The notes under the pieces were generated by a model. That model did not search any database, was not told the origin of the DNA, and saw only the letters and a list, made by a program, of their open reading frames with translations. This document shows, piece by piece, positions 21,677 through 31,813 of a stretch of DNA of 64,000 bases. This stretch comes from Candidatus Eiseniibacteriota bacterium (lineage in GTDB: Bacteria; Eisenbacteria; RBG-16-71-46). How positions within the stretch are numbered: position 1 is the first letter of the stretch; each line of letters starts with the position of its first letter. The position numbers were made by a program, and so were the translations under genes. Location of the stretch: assembly GCA_963725865.1 (NCBI GenBank), contig CAVSAC010000014.1, positions 96,001-160,000 of the forward strand, written 5' to 3'.

Positions 21677-23119
21677 GACGTAGTCGTTGACGCTCCGGCC
21701 GGGGGTGAACTCCACCATGCCGGGACGCCGCACCTGCCCTTCGACCCGGACCGAGAGCACGATCTGATCGACGCGCACCACGTCCATCTCGCGCAGCAGC
21801 GGGTCCACCGCGCTGCCGGCCTGCTGGATGCGGTCGAAGTCGACGCGGAAGCTGTTGCGGCGCTCGGCGAGCTTGGTCTGGAACACCGCGTACTCGGACT
21901 CGGTCATCTCGGAGCGCGACAGCCGCACCAGGCGGTCGAACTCGGAGTCGCCGTCCTGCCCGCCCTCGGAGGGCCGCACGATGTGGATCGCGGCGTGGTT
22001 GGCGCGCGGTCCGAATCCACCGGCCCAGCGCACCAGGTCGCTGAGGTGGTCGCGCCCGAGCACGATCGGATAGGCGCCCGGGCGTCCGACCTCGCCGTAG
22101 ATCTCCACGGTCGGCAGCTGGTGGTATTCCGGCACGAAGTAGGCGAACAGCCGGTCGCCGTCGCGCAGCGTCGGGTTCACGGCCCCGGAGACTACCGCCC
22201 CGACCTCGAGCCACAGCGAGTCGCGCTGGGTCGGGCCGTCGAAGCGCACCATGAGCAGCTGGTCGCGCGCGGTGGCCGGCACCAGCCCGCCCGCCAGCGC
22301 CAGCAGGGTGCTGAGGCTGTCCCCCGGCACGAACTCGTAGTGGCCCGGCCGCATCACCGCGCCCCCGGCCTCGATCTCGGTGGTGCGCCGCGGGACGCTG
22401 ACCACGTCCCCGTCGAGCAGGAACGGGTTCATCGACTGGCGACCGGCGTTCTCGTAGAGCTGCAGATCCACGCGCGAGACGGAGCCGTCGAGGTGCTTCA
22501 CCTCGATGTCGCGCCGCGAGGCGTCCGCCAGCAGCCCGGCGTGAGCGAGGACCTCGCTCGCGCGCGTCACCGCCGAGGCCTCGATCGCGCCCGGCTTGGT
22601 CACCGAGCCCACCACGTAGACGCGGAAGGTCCGCACCCGCACCAGGCGCAGGTCCGCACCCACGCCGCGGAAGGTCCGGGCCACCAGCGCGAGCACGCGC
22701 TCGCGGGCCCAATCCAGGGTGTGGCCGCCGACCTCGATGGTGCCCGAGCCGGCCAGCAGCACCTTTCCCTCGGGGCTCACCTCCAGCAGCACGCTGCGCG
22801 CCACCCGTCCCCACAGGTCGAGTTGCAGCACGTCCCCGGGCCCCAGCACATAGGTGGCCCGATCCACGCGGCCCGCGAGTCCCGCCGGCGGATTGGTGCG
22901 GATCTGGTCGAGCCGGGTGTCGAGCTCGTCGCCTTCGGGCGAGAGCCGCGTCCCGGTCTCCTCTCCGGTGGTGCCGGCCGCGCCGCGGCTGAGCGCGGCG
23001 GCATCGCGGCTCGAGCGGTCGCTCGACTCCTGCGCCGCGAGCGGCGACGCGGTCGCCAGCACGACCAGCGCGGCGATCGTGGCCGGCAGGACGGCCCTGA
23101 GGCCGCGGAGACTCCTCAC
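21670..23119 (-). CDS. SLBB-domain polysaccharide export protein (Wza/KpsD-like), 3'-truncated
   Basis: GTG overlapping the rfbB stop; signal peptide; YVLGPGDVLQLDLWG; repeated SLBB units (VVGSVTKPG, GGAVMRPGHY, YGEVGRPGAY, VEGQVRRPG), the last one cut. Confidence 0.88.
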
Positions 23120-24168
23120 GCGCGCACCTCCTTCAGCACCTTGCGCTGGCCGTACATCCGCTCGTAGTAGGCGCGGAACTCGCCCTGCTTGATCGGGCGC
23201 CACCACGACTCGTTCTGCTGGAACCACTGCACGGTCTGCCAAATCCCCTCCTCGAACGGGATGCGCGGCCGCCAGCCGGTGACCCGCGTGAGCTTGCTCG
23301 AATCCACCGCGTAGCGACGGTCGTGGCCGGGGCGGTCCTCGACGTGGCGGATCAGCGTGCGGGGTCGCTCGAGCAGGCGCAGCAGCGTGTCGGTGATGGT
23401 GAGCACGTCGAGTTCGTGCTGGGCGCCGATGTTGAACGTCTCGCCCTCGATGCCGGGGTGCTGCAGCAGCGTGACGAGGGCGGCGCAGTGGTCCTCGACG
23501 TGGAGCCAGTCCCGGCGGTTGAGCCCGCTCCCGTACACCGGCAGCGGCTCGTTGTCGATCGCGTTGGTCACGAAGAGCGGCACCAGCTTCTCGGGGTACT
23601 GGCGCGGCCCGTAGTTGTTCGAGCAGCGGGTCACGACGACGGGGAGGCCGTAGGTACACCAGTAGGCGTAGGCGAGCCGATCGCCGCCCGCCTTGCTGGC
23701 CGCGTAGGGCGAACGCGGATTCAGCGGCCAGTCCTCGGTCGAGTGGCCTTCGAGCACCTCGCCGTACACCTCGTCGGTGGACACCTGGATGAAGCGCTTC
23801 ACGCCGCGCCGGCGGGCCTCCTCGGCCAGCACGAACACGCCGTACACGTCGGTCTGGATGAACTCGCCGGGGGTCTCGATCGAGCGGTCGACGTGCGACT
23901 CGGCGGCGAAGTTCAGCACCACGTCGCAGCCGTCCATCGCCCGCGCCACCGCCTGCGGATCGCGGATGTCGCCGTGGATGAACGTGAGCTGGGCGGGGTC
24001 CAGCCCCTCGAGGTTCTCGCGCCGACCGGCGTAGGTGAGCGCGTCCAGCACCACCACGTGCGCGCGCGGGAAATGCGCGAGCACGTGGTGCGCGAAATTG
24101 GAGCCGATGAAGCCGGCGCCGCCGGTCACCAGGATGCGGGCGCTGTCGAGGCGGAGCGCCTCAGCCAT
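23116..24168 (-). CDS. rfbB: dTDP-glucose 4,6-dehydratase
   Basis: TGGAGFIGSNF, DALTYAG, AAESHVDRSI, STDEVYG, YAASK, CSNNYGPRQYPEKL, DRPGHDRRYA. Confidence 0.96.
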   Translation of the reverse strand: MAEALRLDSARILVTGGAGFIGSNFAHHVLAHFPRAHVVVLDALTYAGRRENLEGLDPAQLTFIHGDIRDPQAVARAMDGCDVVLNFAAESHVDRSIETPGEFIQTDVYGVFVLAEEARRRGVKRFIQVSTDEVYGEVLEGHSTEDWPLNPRSPYAASKAGGDRLAYAYWCTYGLPVVVTRCSNNYGPRQYPEKLVPLFVTNAIDNEPLPVYGSGLNRRDWLHVEDHCAALVTLLQHPGIEGETFNIGAQHELDVLTITDTLLRLLERPRTLIRHVEDRPGHDRRYAVDSSKLTRVTGWRPRIPFEEGIWQTVQWFQQNESWWRPIKQGEFRAYYERMYGQRKVLKEVRA

Positions 24169-24264
24169 CCTGCCGACTCCGATCGCGCGGGAGGCGCGGG
24201 TCGTACGGCGCGCCCCGGAACCCGTCGGCGCACCGCTCGCGCCTCCGCACGCTCACACCGTCGC

Positions 24265-25620
24265 TCATCGTGCCTTCCTCGCGCGCGCGCGCTTGGGACG
24301 GGCGCCCGGCCGGCCGCGACCCACGCCGACGTGGGTGAGTCCGGCGGCCTCGACCGCCTGCGGATCGTAGATGTTGCGCAGGTCCAGCAGCACCGGCTTG
24401 CGCATCAGGCGCTTGAGCCGGGCCAGGTCCATGTTCCGGAACTCGTTCCACTCGGTCACGATCGCCAGCGCGTCGGCGCCGCGGGCGGCGTCGTAGGCGT
24501 CCTCGGCGATCTCGACGCCGCGCAGGATCGGCAGCCCCTTGGCGTTGTCCATCGCCACCGGATCGAACACGCGCACCTTGAGGCCGCGACGCTTGAGTCC
24601 GGCGAGGATCTGCAGCGCCGGCGCGGCCCGCAGGTCGTCGGTGTTGGGCTTGAACGCCAGGCCGAGCAGGCCGACCTTCTTGCCGCGGCCCTTGCCGACG
24701 GCGGCCACGATCTTCTTCACCATCAGTTCCATCTGGTGCTCGTTCGCCGCGATGGTGGCGTCCACCACGCGGGTCGGCACCTTCACGTCGCGGCCGATCG
24801 CGGACAACGCGAGCGTGTCCTTGGGGAAGCACGAGCCGCCGTAGCCCGGCCCCGAGTGCAGGAACTTCGAGCCGATGCGCCGGTCCATGCCGATGCCCTT
24901 CGCCACCGCCTTCACGTCGGCGCCCACCGCGTCGCACAGGTTCGCGATCTCGTTGATGAACGAGATCTTGGTGGCGAGGAAGCAGTTCGAGGCGTACTTG
25001 ATGAGCTCCGCCGACTCCAGCGAGGTCACCACCATCGGGGTCTCGATCAGGAACAGCGGATCGTGGATCTTCTTGAGGATCTGGGCCGCCTTGGCGCTCT
25101 CGGCGCCGATCACCACGCGGTCGGGCCGCATGAAGGTCTCGAGCGCCGAGCCCTCGCGCAGGAACTCGGGGTTCGAGGCCACGTCGAACTCCGCGCCGCG
25201 CTTGGCGAACTTGCGGATGAAGTCGTACAGGTGGCGGGCGGTGCCGATCGGGGCGGTGCTCTTCTGGACCACCAGCACGTAGCCGTCCATGTGGCGCGCG
25301 ATGGTCTTGGCGACGGCGTAGATCGCGCTGGTGTCCGCGCTGCCGTCGGCGCGCGGCGGGGTACCGACCGCGATGAACACCACCTTGGTCCCCTTGAGCG
25401 CCCGGGTCAGGTCGCTCTCGAACGCGAGGCGGCCCTCCTGGACGTTGCGGCTGACCAGCTCCGGCAGCCCGGGCTCGTAGAACGGGACCACACCCCGCCG
25501 CAGGCGGTCCACCTTGGAGGGGTCGTTGTCGACGCACGTCACCTTGTTGCCGAAGTCGGCCAGACACGCGGCGGTCACCAGACCGACGTAGCCGGCGCCT
25601 ACCACGGTGATGGAATACAC
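24265..25620 (-). CDS. ugd: UDP-glucose 6-dehydrogenase
   Basis: GAGYVGL, IAVGTP, SNPEFLREG, FLATKISFINE, GYGGSCFPKD, FKPNTDDLR; AAAGGA RBS before GTG. Confidence 0.95.
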   Translation of the reverse strand: MYSITVVGAGYVGLVTAACLADFGNKVTCVDNDPSKVDRLRRGVVPFYEPGLPELVSRNVQEGRLAFESDLTRALKGTKVVFIAVGTPPRADGSADTSAIYAVAKTIARHMDGYVLVVQKSTAPIGTARHLYDFIRKFAKRGAEFDVASNPEFLREGSALETFMRPDRVVIGAESAKAAQILKKIHDPLFLIETPMVVTSLESAELIKYASNCFLATKISFINEIANLCDAVGADVKAVAKGIGMDRRIGSKFLHSGPGYGGSCFPKDTLALSAIGRDVKVPTRVVDATIAANEHQMELMVKKIVAAVGKGRGKKVGLLGLAFKPNTDDLRAAPALQILAGLKRRGLKVRVFDPVAMDNAKGLPILRGVEIAEDAYDAARGADALAIVTEWNEFRNMDLARLKRLMRKPVLLDLRNIYDPQAVEAAGLTHVGVGRGRPGARPKRARARKAR

Positions 25621-25711
25621 GGCGAGTCCTTTCGGAAGACGCAGTCACGAGCCGCGGGGGTCCCTGTTGCGGGCGGGACGGCGGTCGGTGGGATGTTCAA
25701 ATCGGCCGGTC

Positions 25712-25741
25712 AGACTAGGGGTTCGGTGGGCCGCCGGTCAA
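25712..25741 (-). promoter_or_regulatory. Putative sigma70 promoter for ugd-rfbB-SLBB genes
   Basis: Minus strand TTGACC-18 nt-TAGTCT. Confidence 0.5.
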
Positions 25742-25912
25742 CCGGAACACGCGGGCCGCGCGCGAAGGTCGCGGGCGCAGCACGGGCGGCGAATGACCTT
25801 TGCGGCGCGCCCTCCCGGTGTGCACGCGACCGCGGGTTCGCCCGGCGCCCAGCCACTCGCGGACGCGGCGGCCGGCGGCCGGTGCGCGCCCGGCGCGATG
25901 CGGCCACGGCAC

Positions 25913-25941
25913 TTGACGGGCACCGGCACATCGCGAACAGT
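25913..25941 (+). promoter_or_regulatory. Possible divergent promoter for the flippase
   Basis: TTGACG-17 nt-AACAGT; weak -10. Confidence 0.3.
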
Positions 25942-26054
25942 ACGCCGTCGCTCGACCGCCGACCTCCATACGCCGCCCGAGGTGCCCTTCTGCTCCGAGC
26001 CCGACCTGCATCGCCCTCGCCCGACGCGAGCCGCCCCCGCGGCTCTCGACGGCG

Positions 26055-27548
26055 ATGACCTGGCGCCCGGCGGGCGCGCGGCAGCTGCTGCGCGGCGTGT
26101 TCTGGAGCCAGCTCGGCCAGGGCCTGCCCGCGCTCGCGGCGCTGGTGCTGGTCCCGCGGCTGGTGCACGGACTCGGCGTGGAGCGATTCGGCGTGCTGTC
26201 GCTGGCGTGGCTGCTGATCGGCTACTTCACGCTGTTCGATCTCGGGGTCTCGGGCGCGCTCACGCGCATGGTGGCGGAGCGGCTGGCGGCCTCCCGCCGC
26301 GCGGAAGTGCCCCCGCTGGTGTGGACGTCGCTCGCGCTCACCACCGGCATGGGCGTGCTCGGAGGCGCGCTGCTGATGGCGCTGGCTCCCATGCTGGTGG
26401 GCGGCGTGCTGAGGATCCCGGCTGCGCTGCAGCCCGAGGCGCTCCACCTCACCTGGCTGCTGGCGGCCACGCTGCCGGTCGTCACCGGCACCGCCGCGCT
26501 CACCGGGGTGCTCGCCGCGCAGCAGCGCTTCGGCGCGCTGAACGCCGTCCGGGTGCCGCTCGGGATCCTCACCTACGCCGCGCCGGTGGCGGTGCTGCCG
26601 TTCTCCACCAGCCTGGTGGCGGCGGGCCTGGCGCTGGTGGCGGTGCGGATCACCGCCGGCTTCGTCTACCTCGTCGTCTGCCTGGCGGTGACGCCCGGCC
26701 TGCGCGCGCACCTCGAGTTCCAGCGCGCGCTGGTGCGTCCGATCCTCGGCTTCGGCTCCTGGATGACGGTGACCGCCGTGCTCGGACCGTTCATGGTCTA
26801 CCTCGACCGCTTCCTGATCGGCGCGCTGCTCTCGATGGCGATGGTCGCGTACTACACCACGCCCTATGACCTCGTCTCGCGGGTCGCGTTGCTGTCGCTG
26901 CCGGTGGTGAACGTGCTGTTCCCCGCCATCGCGGCGAGCTTCGACACCGATCGCGCGCGGGCGGCGCGGCTGTACGACTGGGGCACCCGCGCCGCCGCGG
27001 CGCTGTTGTTCCCGTTCACGCTGGTGCTGGCCGTCTTCGCGCCCGAAGCGTTGCGACTGTGGCTGGGCGCCGACTTCGCGACCCATGGCGCGGCCGTGCT
27101 GCGACTGCTCGCCGTCGGCGTGTTCCTCAACGGCGTCGCGCAGGTCGCGCTGGCGCTGGTGCAGAGCTCGGGCCGTCCCGACCTGGGCGCGCGCCTGCAC
27201 GCGCTGGAGCTGCCCGCCTACCTCGTGACGCTCTGGTGGCTCATCCACGCCCAGGGCATCGTGGGTGCCGCGATCGCGTGGCTGGCGCGCGTGGTGGTCG
27301 ACGCCGCCGTGCTGTTCGTGCTCGCCCACCGGCGCCTCGGCGGCGGCCGCGCCGGGGCGGGCGCGCTGGCCGCGAGTGCGGTGGCGGCGATCGCGATGGT
27401 GGCCGGCTGTCTGCTGCCGGACGTGCGCGCGCGCGTGGTGTTCGCGGCGCTCGTGCTGGGGCTGTTCGTGGTGGTGGCGTGGCGGTTCGTCGCGCGGCCG
27501 GGGAGCCGCGCGTTGTTCGCGCCCGCGGCGGCCGGATCGACGACGTGA
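26055..27548 (+). CDS. wzx: Wzx-type oligosaccharide flippase (MOP superfamily)
   Basis: Many TM helices; LGVERFGVL, LFDLG, YLDRFLIGALL, AYYTTPY; polysaccharide-locus context. Confidence 0.9.
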   Translation: MTWRPAGARQLLRGVFWSQLGQGLPALAALVLVPRLVHGLGVERFGVLSLAWLLIGYFTLFDLGVSGALTRMVAERLAASRRAEVPPLVWTSLALTTGMGVLGGALLMALAPMLVGGVLRIPAALQPEALHLTWLLAATLPVVTGTAALTGVLAAQQRFGALNAVRVPLGILTYAAPVAVLPFSTSLVAAGLALVAVRITAGFVYLVVCLAVTPGLRAHLEFQRALVRPILGFGSWMTVTAVLGPFMVYLDRFLIGALLSMAMVAYYTTPYDLVSRVALLSLPVVNVLFPAIAASFDTDRARAARLYDWGTRAAAALLFPFTLVLAVFAPEALRLWLGADFATHGAAVLRLLAVGVFLNGVAQVALALVQSSGRPDLGARLHALELPAYLVTLWWLIHAQGIVGAAIAWLARVVVDAAVLFVLAHRRLGGGRAGAGALAASAVAAIAMVAGCLLPDVRARVVFAALVLGLFVVVAWRFVARPGSRALFAPAAAGSTT

Positions 27549-28581
27549 GCGCGACCCCGGCTTCGGCAGGGCGCGCGCTGCGCAGCCGGCCCGCGCCGGC
27601 GTGCGGCGTCTGCGGTGCGGCGGGGGTGCCGCTGTACGAGGACCTCGAGGACCGACTGTTCGGGGCGCCGGGCCGCTGGCGATGGGTGCGCTGCCCGGAC
27701 CCGGCGTGCGGGCTGCTGTGGCTGGATCCCGCGCCGCTGCCGGAGGACCTGGGCCTCGCCTACGCCGACTACTACACCCATGGCACGGCGACCCCCGCAC
27801 GTGGCGCACTCGAACGCGCACTTCGGCGCTGGGCGCGCCAGGGCTACTACGCCCGACGCTTCGGCTACCGAGTGGGCGGCGCCGCGCTGAAGCGGTTGTT
27901 GGCGCGCGCGGTGGTGCGCACGGACTCCACGCGCGAGTACCTCGACCGGCTGATCCTCATGCTTCCACCACGCAGGCGGGCGGCCGAGTCCTCGACGTCG
28001 GATGTGGCGAGGGGCGCACCGTGGAGGAGCTGGCGCGGCTCGGCTGGGAGGCCGAGGGCGTGGACTTCGATGCCGCCGCGGTCGCGCAGGCGCGCGCGCG
28101 CGGGCTGCGCGTGCACGCCGGAGCGCTCGAGGCGCAGCGCTATCCCGACGCCCACTTCGACGCGATCGGTATGAGTCACGTGCTCGAACACCTGCCCGAG
28201 CCGCTCGCGACCCTCGCGGAGTGTCGCCGCCTGCTGCGCCCGGGCGCGCGTCTGGTGCTCGCGACGCCCAACGCGACCAGCCTCGGGCACCGGCGCTTCG
28301 GCCGCGACTGGCGCGGACTCGAGACGCCGCGCCATCTGCAGGTGTTCACCGCCGCGGCGCTCCGCCGCGTGCTGGAGCACGCCGGACTGCACGAAGTGTC
28401 TCTGGCGAGCGAGCACCCACGCGGCGGCTTTAACCACGCGGAGAGCCGGCGCATCGCCGGCGCGATCGGTGCCCGGTTCGACGACGCACCCGCGCTCGCG
28501 TTCGCGCGCGAGGAGGTCGCCGCGATGGCCGCCGATCCATGGGCCGGCGAGGAACTGCTGCTGGTGGCGACCGCGGGCTGA
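27545..28581 (+). CDS. Class I SAM-dependent methyltransferase with N-terminal Cys cluster (frameshift near 27975)
   Basis: CGVC...CPDPACGL, then VLDVGCGEG, MSHVLEHL, PRHL. Confidence 0.88.
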
Positions 28582-28591
28582 GCGGCGGCGC

Positions 28592-29543
28592 TCAGGCGAT
28601 CCGGCCGCGCCACTCCGCGAGCACGTCGTCGAGCGTGCGCGCGAGCGGGATCTCGGCCCGCCAGCCGATCTCGCGCGCGAGCAGCGCGGGGTCGCCCACC
28701 AGCCACGGCAGGTCCGACGGGCGCATGCGCGCGGGATCGACCTCGACCCGCACCGGCACGCGCGCGCGCGCCGTGAGCATGCCGAGCAGCGCATCCAGCC
28801 GCACGCCCTCGCCCCGGCAGATGTTGTACGCGGCGAACCGCCTGCCACGCTCGACCAGCGCGACGTAGGCGCGCGCGATGTCGCGCACGTCCGACAGGTC
28901 GCGGGTCACCGCCAGGTTGCCCACGCGCAGCACCGGCTCCACGCGGCCGGCCTCGATGCGGGCGATCTGCTCGGCCCAGCCCGGCACCACGAAGCGCGCG
29001 GTCTGCCCGGGCCCGGTGTGCCCGAACGCCCGCGCCACCACCAGGTCGAGTCCGTGGGCGCGCGCGAGCGACAGCGCGAGCGTCTCCCCCGCGGCCTTCG
29101 AGAGCGCATAGGGGCTGATCGGGGCGAACGGCGCGTCCTCGCCCACCCGCGACCCTTCCGGGCACGGCCCGTACACCTCGCTGGTGCTCACGAGCAGCAC
29201 GCGCGCGCCCGGGACCACGCGCCGCACGCCCTCCACCACGTGCCAGGTGCCGGCGGCGTTGGCGCGGAAGGTGCCCTCGGGATCCTCGAACGAGAGCGCG
29301 GCGCTGCTCTGCCCGGCCAGGTGGATGACCGCGTCGGGCCGCGCCGCGGCGAGCGCGGCCTCGATGGTGGGCGGATCCAGCAGGTCGAGCGCATGCCACG
29401 CCGCGAGCGGCGGATCCACGCGGCGCACTCCCGAGCCCGGCGCCGTGCACGCGCGCGCCGACCGCCGCCAGCGCGCGCACCAGGTGCGGTCCGACGAACC
29501 CGTTGGCGCCGGTGACGAGGACGGTGCGGTCCCTCAGCTCCAT
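28592..29543 (-). CDS. GDP-sugar dehydratase/reductase (GMD/RMD-like extended SDR); frameshift near 29430
   Basis: VTGANGFVG, HLAGQSS, STSEVYG, YALSK, FGHTGPGQ, GNLAVTRDLSDVRD. Confidence 0.85.
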
Positions 29544-29571
29544 GGTGCGCGCGTGCTCGGCCGGCGTGCGC

Positions 29572-30525
29572 TCATCGCGCGCGCCAGTGCTCCAGCATGT
29601 CGGCGAGGGTCTGCTCGAACGGGATGGTCGGCTGCCAGCCCGTGATGGCGCGGAACTTCGAGGCGTCGCCGAGCAGGATCGGCACGTCGCTCGGCCGCAG
29701 GCGCGCGGGATCCTGGCGGACCTCGATCTTCGCCTTCGTCATCCCGAGCAGCAGGTCGAGCACGTCGCGGATCATCCACGCCTTGCCCGAGCACAGGTTG
29801 TAGACCTCGCCCGGCGCGCCCTTCTCGAGCGCCAGCCAGTAGGCCTTCACCATGTCGCGCACGTCGGTGAAGTCGCGCTTCGCGTCGAGGTTGCCGACGC
29901 TCAGCAGCGGCGCGCGGCGGCCCTTCTCGATGTCGGCGATCTGCTTGGCGAAGTCCGACGCCACGAACACCGGACCGCGGCGCGGGCCCTCGTGGTTGAA
30001 TCCGCGCGTGCGCACGGCATCGAGCTTCCACGACATCCAGTACTGGTAGCCGAGGTAGTCCTGCGTGACCTTGCTCACCGCGTACGGCGACAGCGGGCGC
30101 AGCGGATTGGTCTCGCGGATCGGCACCTCGTCCGGGTAGACCATGCCGTACTCCTCGCTCGAGCACGCGAGCTGGATGCGGCAGTCGAGCCCGATGCGCC
30201 GCACCGCCTCGAACAGGTTGACCTGGCCGAGGATGTTGGTGCTGAGCGACTCGGTGGGCGCGGTCCACGAGGTCGGCACGAACGACTGCGCGGCGAGGTG
30301 GAAGATCCACTCGGGCCGCACGTGTTCGAGCGTACGCAGCGTGGAGGCGGCGTCGCGCAGGTCGCACTCGTGGAGCCCGATGCGGTCCATGAAGTGCTCG
30401 ATGTTCTCGGTGCGGCTACGCCAGCGATGGATGCCGTGGATCTCGCAGTCGCCCCGCGCGAGCATGTAGTCGACGAGGTGGCTGCCGGCGAAGCCGGTCA
30501 CACCGGTCACGAGCACACGGCGCAT
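29572..30525 (-). CDS. GDP-mannose 4,6-dehydratase-like extended SDR
   Basis: VTGVTGFAGSHL, HLAAQSFVPTSW, SSEEYG, YAVSK, FNHEGPRRGPVFV, GNLDAKRDFTDVRD. Confidence 0.88.
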   Translation of the reverse strand: MRRVLVTGVTGFAGSHLVDYMLARGDCEIHGIHRWRSRTENIEHFMDRIGLHECDLRDAASTLRTLEHVRPEWIFHLAAQSFVPTSWTAPTESLSTNILGQVNLFEAVRRIGLDCRIQLACSSEEYGMVYPDEVPIRETNPLRPLSPYAVSKVTQDYLGYQYWMSWKLDAVRTRGFNHEGPRRGPVFVASDFAKQIADIEKGRRAPLLSVGNLDAKRDFTDVRDMVKAYWLALEKGAPGEVYNLCSGKAWMIRDVLDLLLGMTKAKIEVRQDPARLRPSDVPILLGDASKFRAITGWQPTIPFEQTLADMLEHWRAR

Positions 30526-30633
30526 GGAGGCTCCCAAAGGTCGAGGTGGGCGTGGTCGAAGACGGCGCCGAACACTAGGCGTTCGGCCCGGTACGGTCAA
30601 TCCGCGCGGGCCGTGGACGCGGGCGCCGCGCGC

Positions 30634-31779
30634 TCACCTGCGACGATCGGCCTTCTTCGCGGGAGCCGGCTTCTTCGTCTCGGGCTTCGCCGCGTCCTTC
30701 CACACCACGCGCTCCGGCAGCTCGGCCACGGTCACCGCGCGGGCGGCCAGCGCCCACTCGGCGCTCTCGGGCGTCGGCTTCTGCAGGTCGCGCGTGAACG
30801 CCGCGATGGTGCGGCGCGCCGCCTCGCGGTAGCGACTCTCGCCGCTCACGCTCGCCAGCTCCGCCAGGAACCGCGCAGCGCGCGCGTTCTCCCAGGCCAG
30901 CCGCTGCGCCTTGCGGATACGGCCGCTCTTGTCGGGGTAGACCTGGGTGATGAAGCCGCCCTTCTCGCGGTCCTCGTACCAGCGCAGCATGCGATCGGCG
31001 ATCGCGCGCGCGGTCGCGAGGTCCGCCGCGCGGCCGGCGAGATGCGCCGCGAGCAGGCAGGCGCGCCCCATCTCGACCTGGTCGATGAGCTGCGGCGGCT
31101 GGAGCAGCTCGCCGAACGGGCCGCGGCGCGTCAATCCGAACGTGGTATCGACGCCGGAGGCGAGCGTGCGATCGATGCTGCGGAGCGCGAACGCGCGCGA
31201 CCTGACGTCGTTGGTCTCGGCCGCCCAGCGCAGCCAGGCGTGCACCGCGACGCCGTTGGCGGCGCCCACCAGCTCGCGATCGCCCACCATCGCCGTCACG
31301 AACCCGCCGCGCCCGTCCGTGAGCACGCGGTCCATGAACGTCCACACCCGCAGCGCGCGGCGGCGATAGAGCTCGTCGCCGGTGAGCCGCCAGCAGTCGA
31401 TCAGCAGCTCGAGCCGGCGCGAGTTGATGTCGGTGCGCTTCTCGAACGCCGAGTTCCCGGGCGCGATGTCGCGGGCGCGGCCGTAGAACCCGCCGCCGAG
31501 CGTGTCCTGCAGCGCCCACGTCCACTCGGTCGCGGCGAGCCCGCGCCGGCGCCAGCTCTCGTCGCCGCGCGCCAGCCGCAGCGCCAGCTCGGCGGCCGCA
31601 TCGTCGGGGGCGCCGTCGCGCATCACCCACGCGTTCCGCACCGTGTCGTACTGCGCCGCCACCTGGGCGGTGAGGCGGTTGGCCAGCGCGTGCTCGTCGA
31701 GCAGCAGCGGCCCCGCGATGCGCGGCGGCGCGGCGGCCCACAGGCCCGCCAGCGCGACCAGCAGCGTGAGCGAGGTCAT
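30634..31779 (-). CDS. Secreted protein, probable (alpha/alpha)6 six-hairpin fold (YyaL/AGE-like)
   Basis: GGGAGG RBS; signal peptide; repeated motifs LQDTLGGGFY, FEKR, LTDGRGGF, YEDREKGGF, SGESRYREAA as in YyaL-family catalytic domains. Confidence 0.6.
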   Translation of the reverse strand: MTSLTLLVALAGLWAAAPPRIAGPLLLDEHALANRLTAQVAAQYDTVRNAWVMRDGAPDDAAAELALRLARGDESWRRRGLAATEWTWALQDTLGGGFYGRARDIAPGNSAFEKRTDINSRRLELLIDCWRLTGDELYRRRALRVWTFMDRVLTDGRGGFVTAMVGDRELVGAANGVAVHAWLRWAAETNDVRSRAFALRSIDRTLASGVDTTFGLTRRGPFGELLQPPQLIDQVEMGRACLLAAHLAGRAADLATARAIADRMLRWYEDREKGGFITQVYPDKSGRIRKAQRLAWENARAARFLAELASVSGESRYREAARRTIAAFTRDLQKPTPESAEWALAARAVTVAELPERVVWKDAAKPETKKPAPAKKADRRR

Positions 31780-31813
31780 CGATCCCTCCCTGGAATGGCC
31801 ATCCGGACGCGGC

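Noticed and set aside
21530..23659. SLBB protein with a novel C-terminal extension
   Set aside because: The tail after NDYVDL is an out-of-frame reading of the peroxidase fragment across the junction.
23323..26058. Long antisense and alternate-frame ORFs (e.g. 911 aa here, 1230 aa at 49179, 1173 aa at 54702)
   Set aside because: These are Arg/Ala/Gly-rich shadow ORFs expected in very GC-rich DNA opposite well-supported genes.
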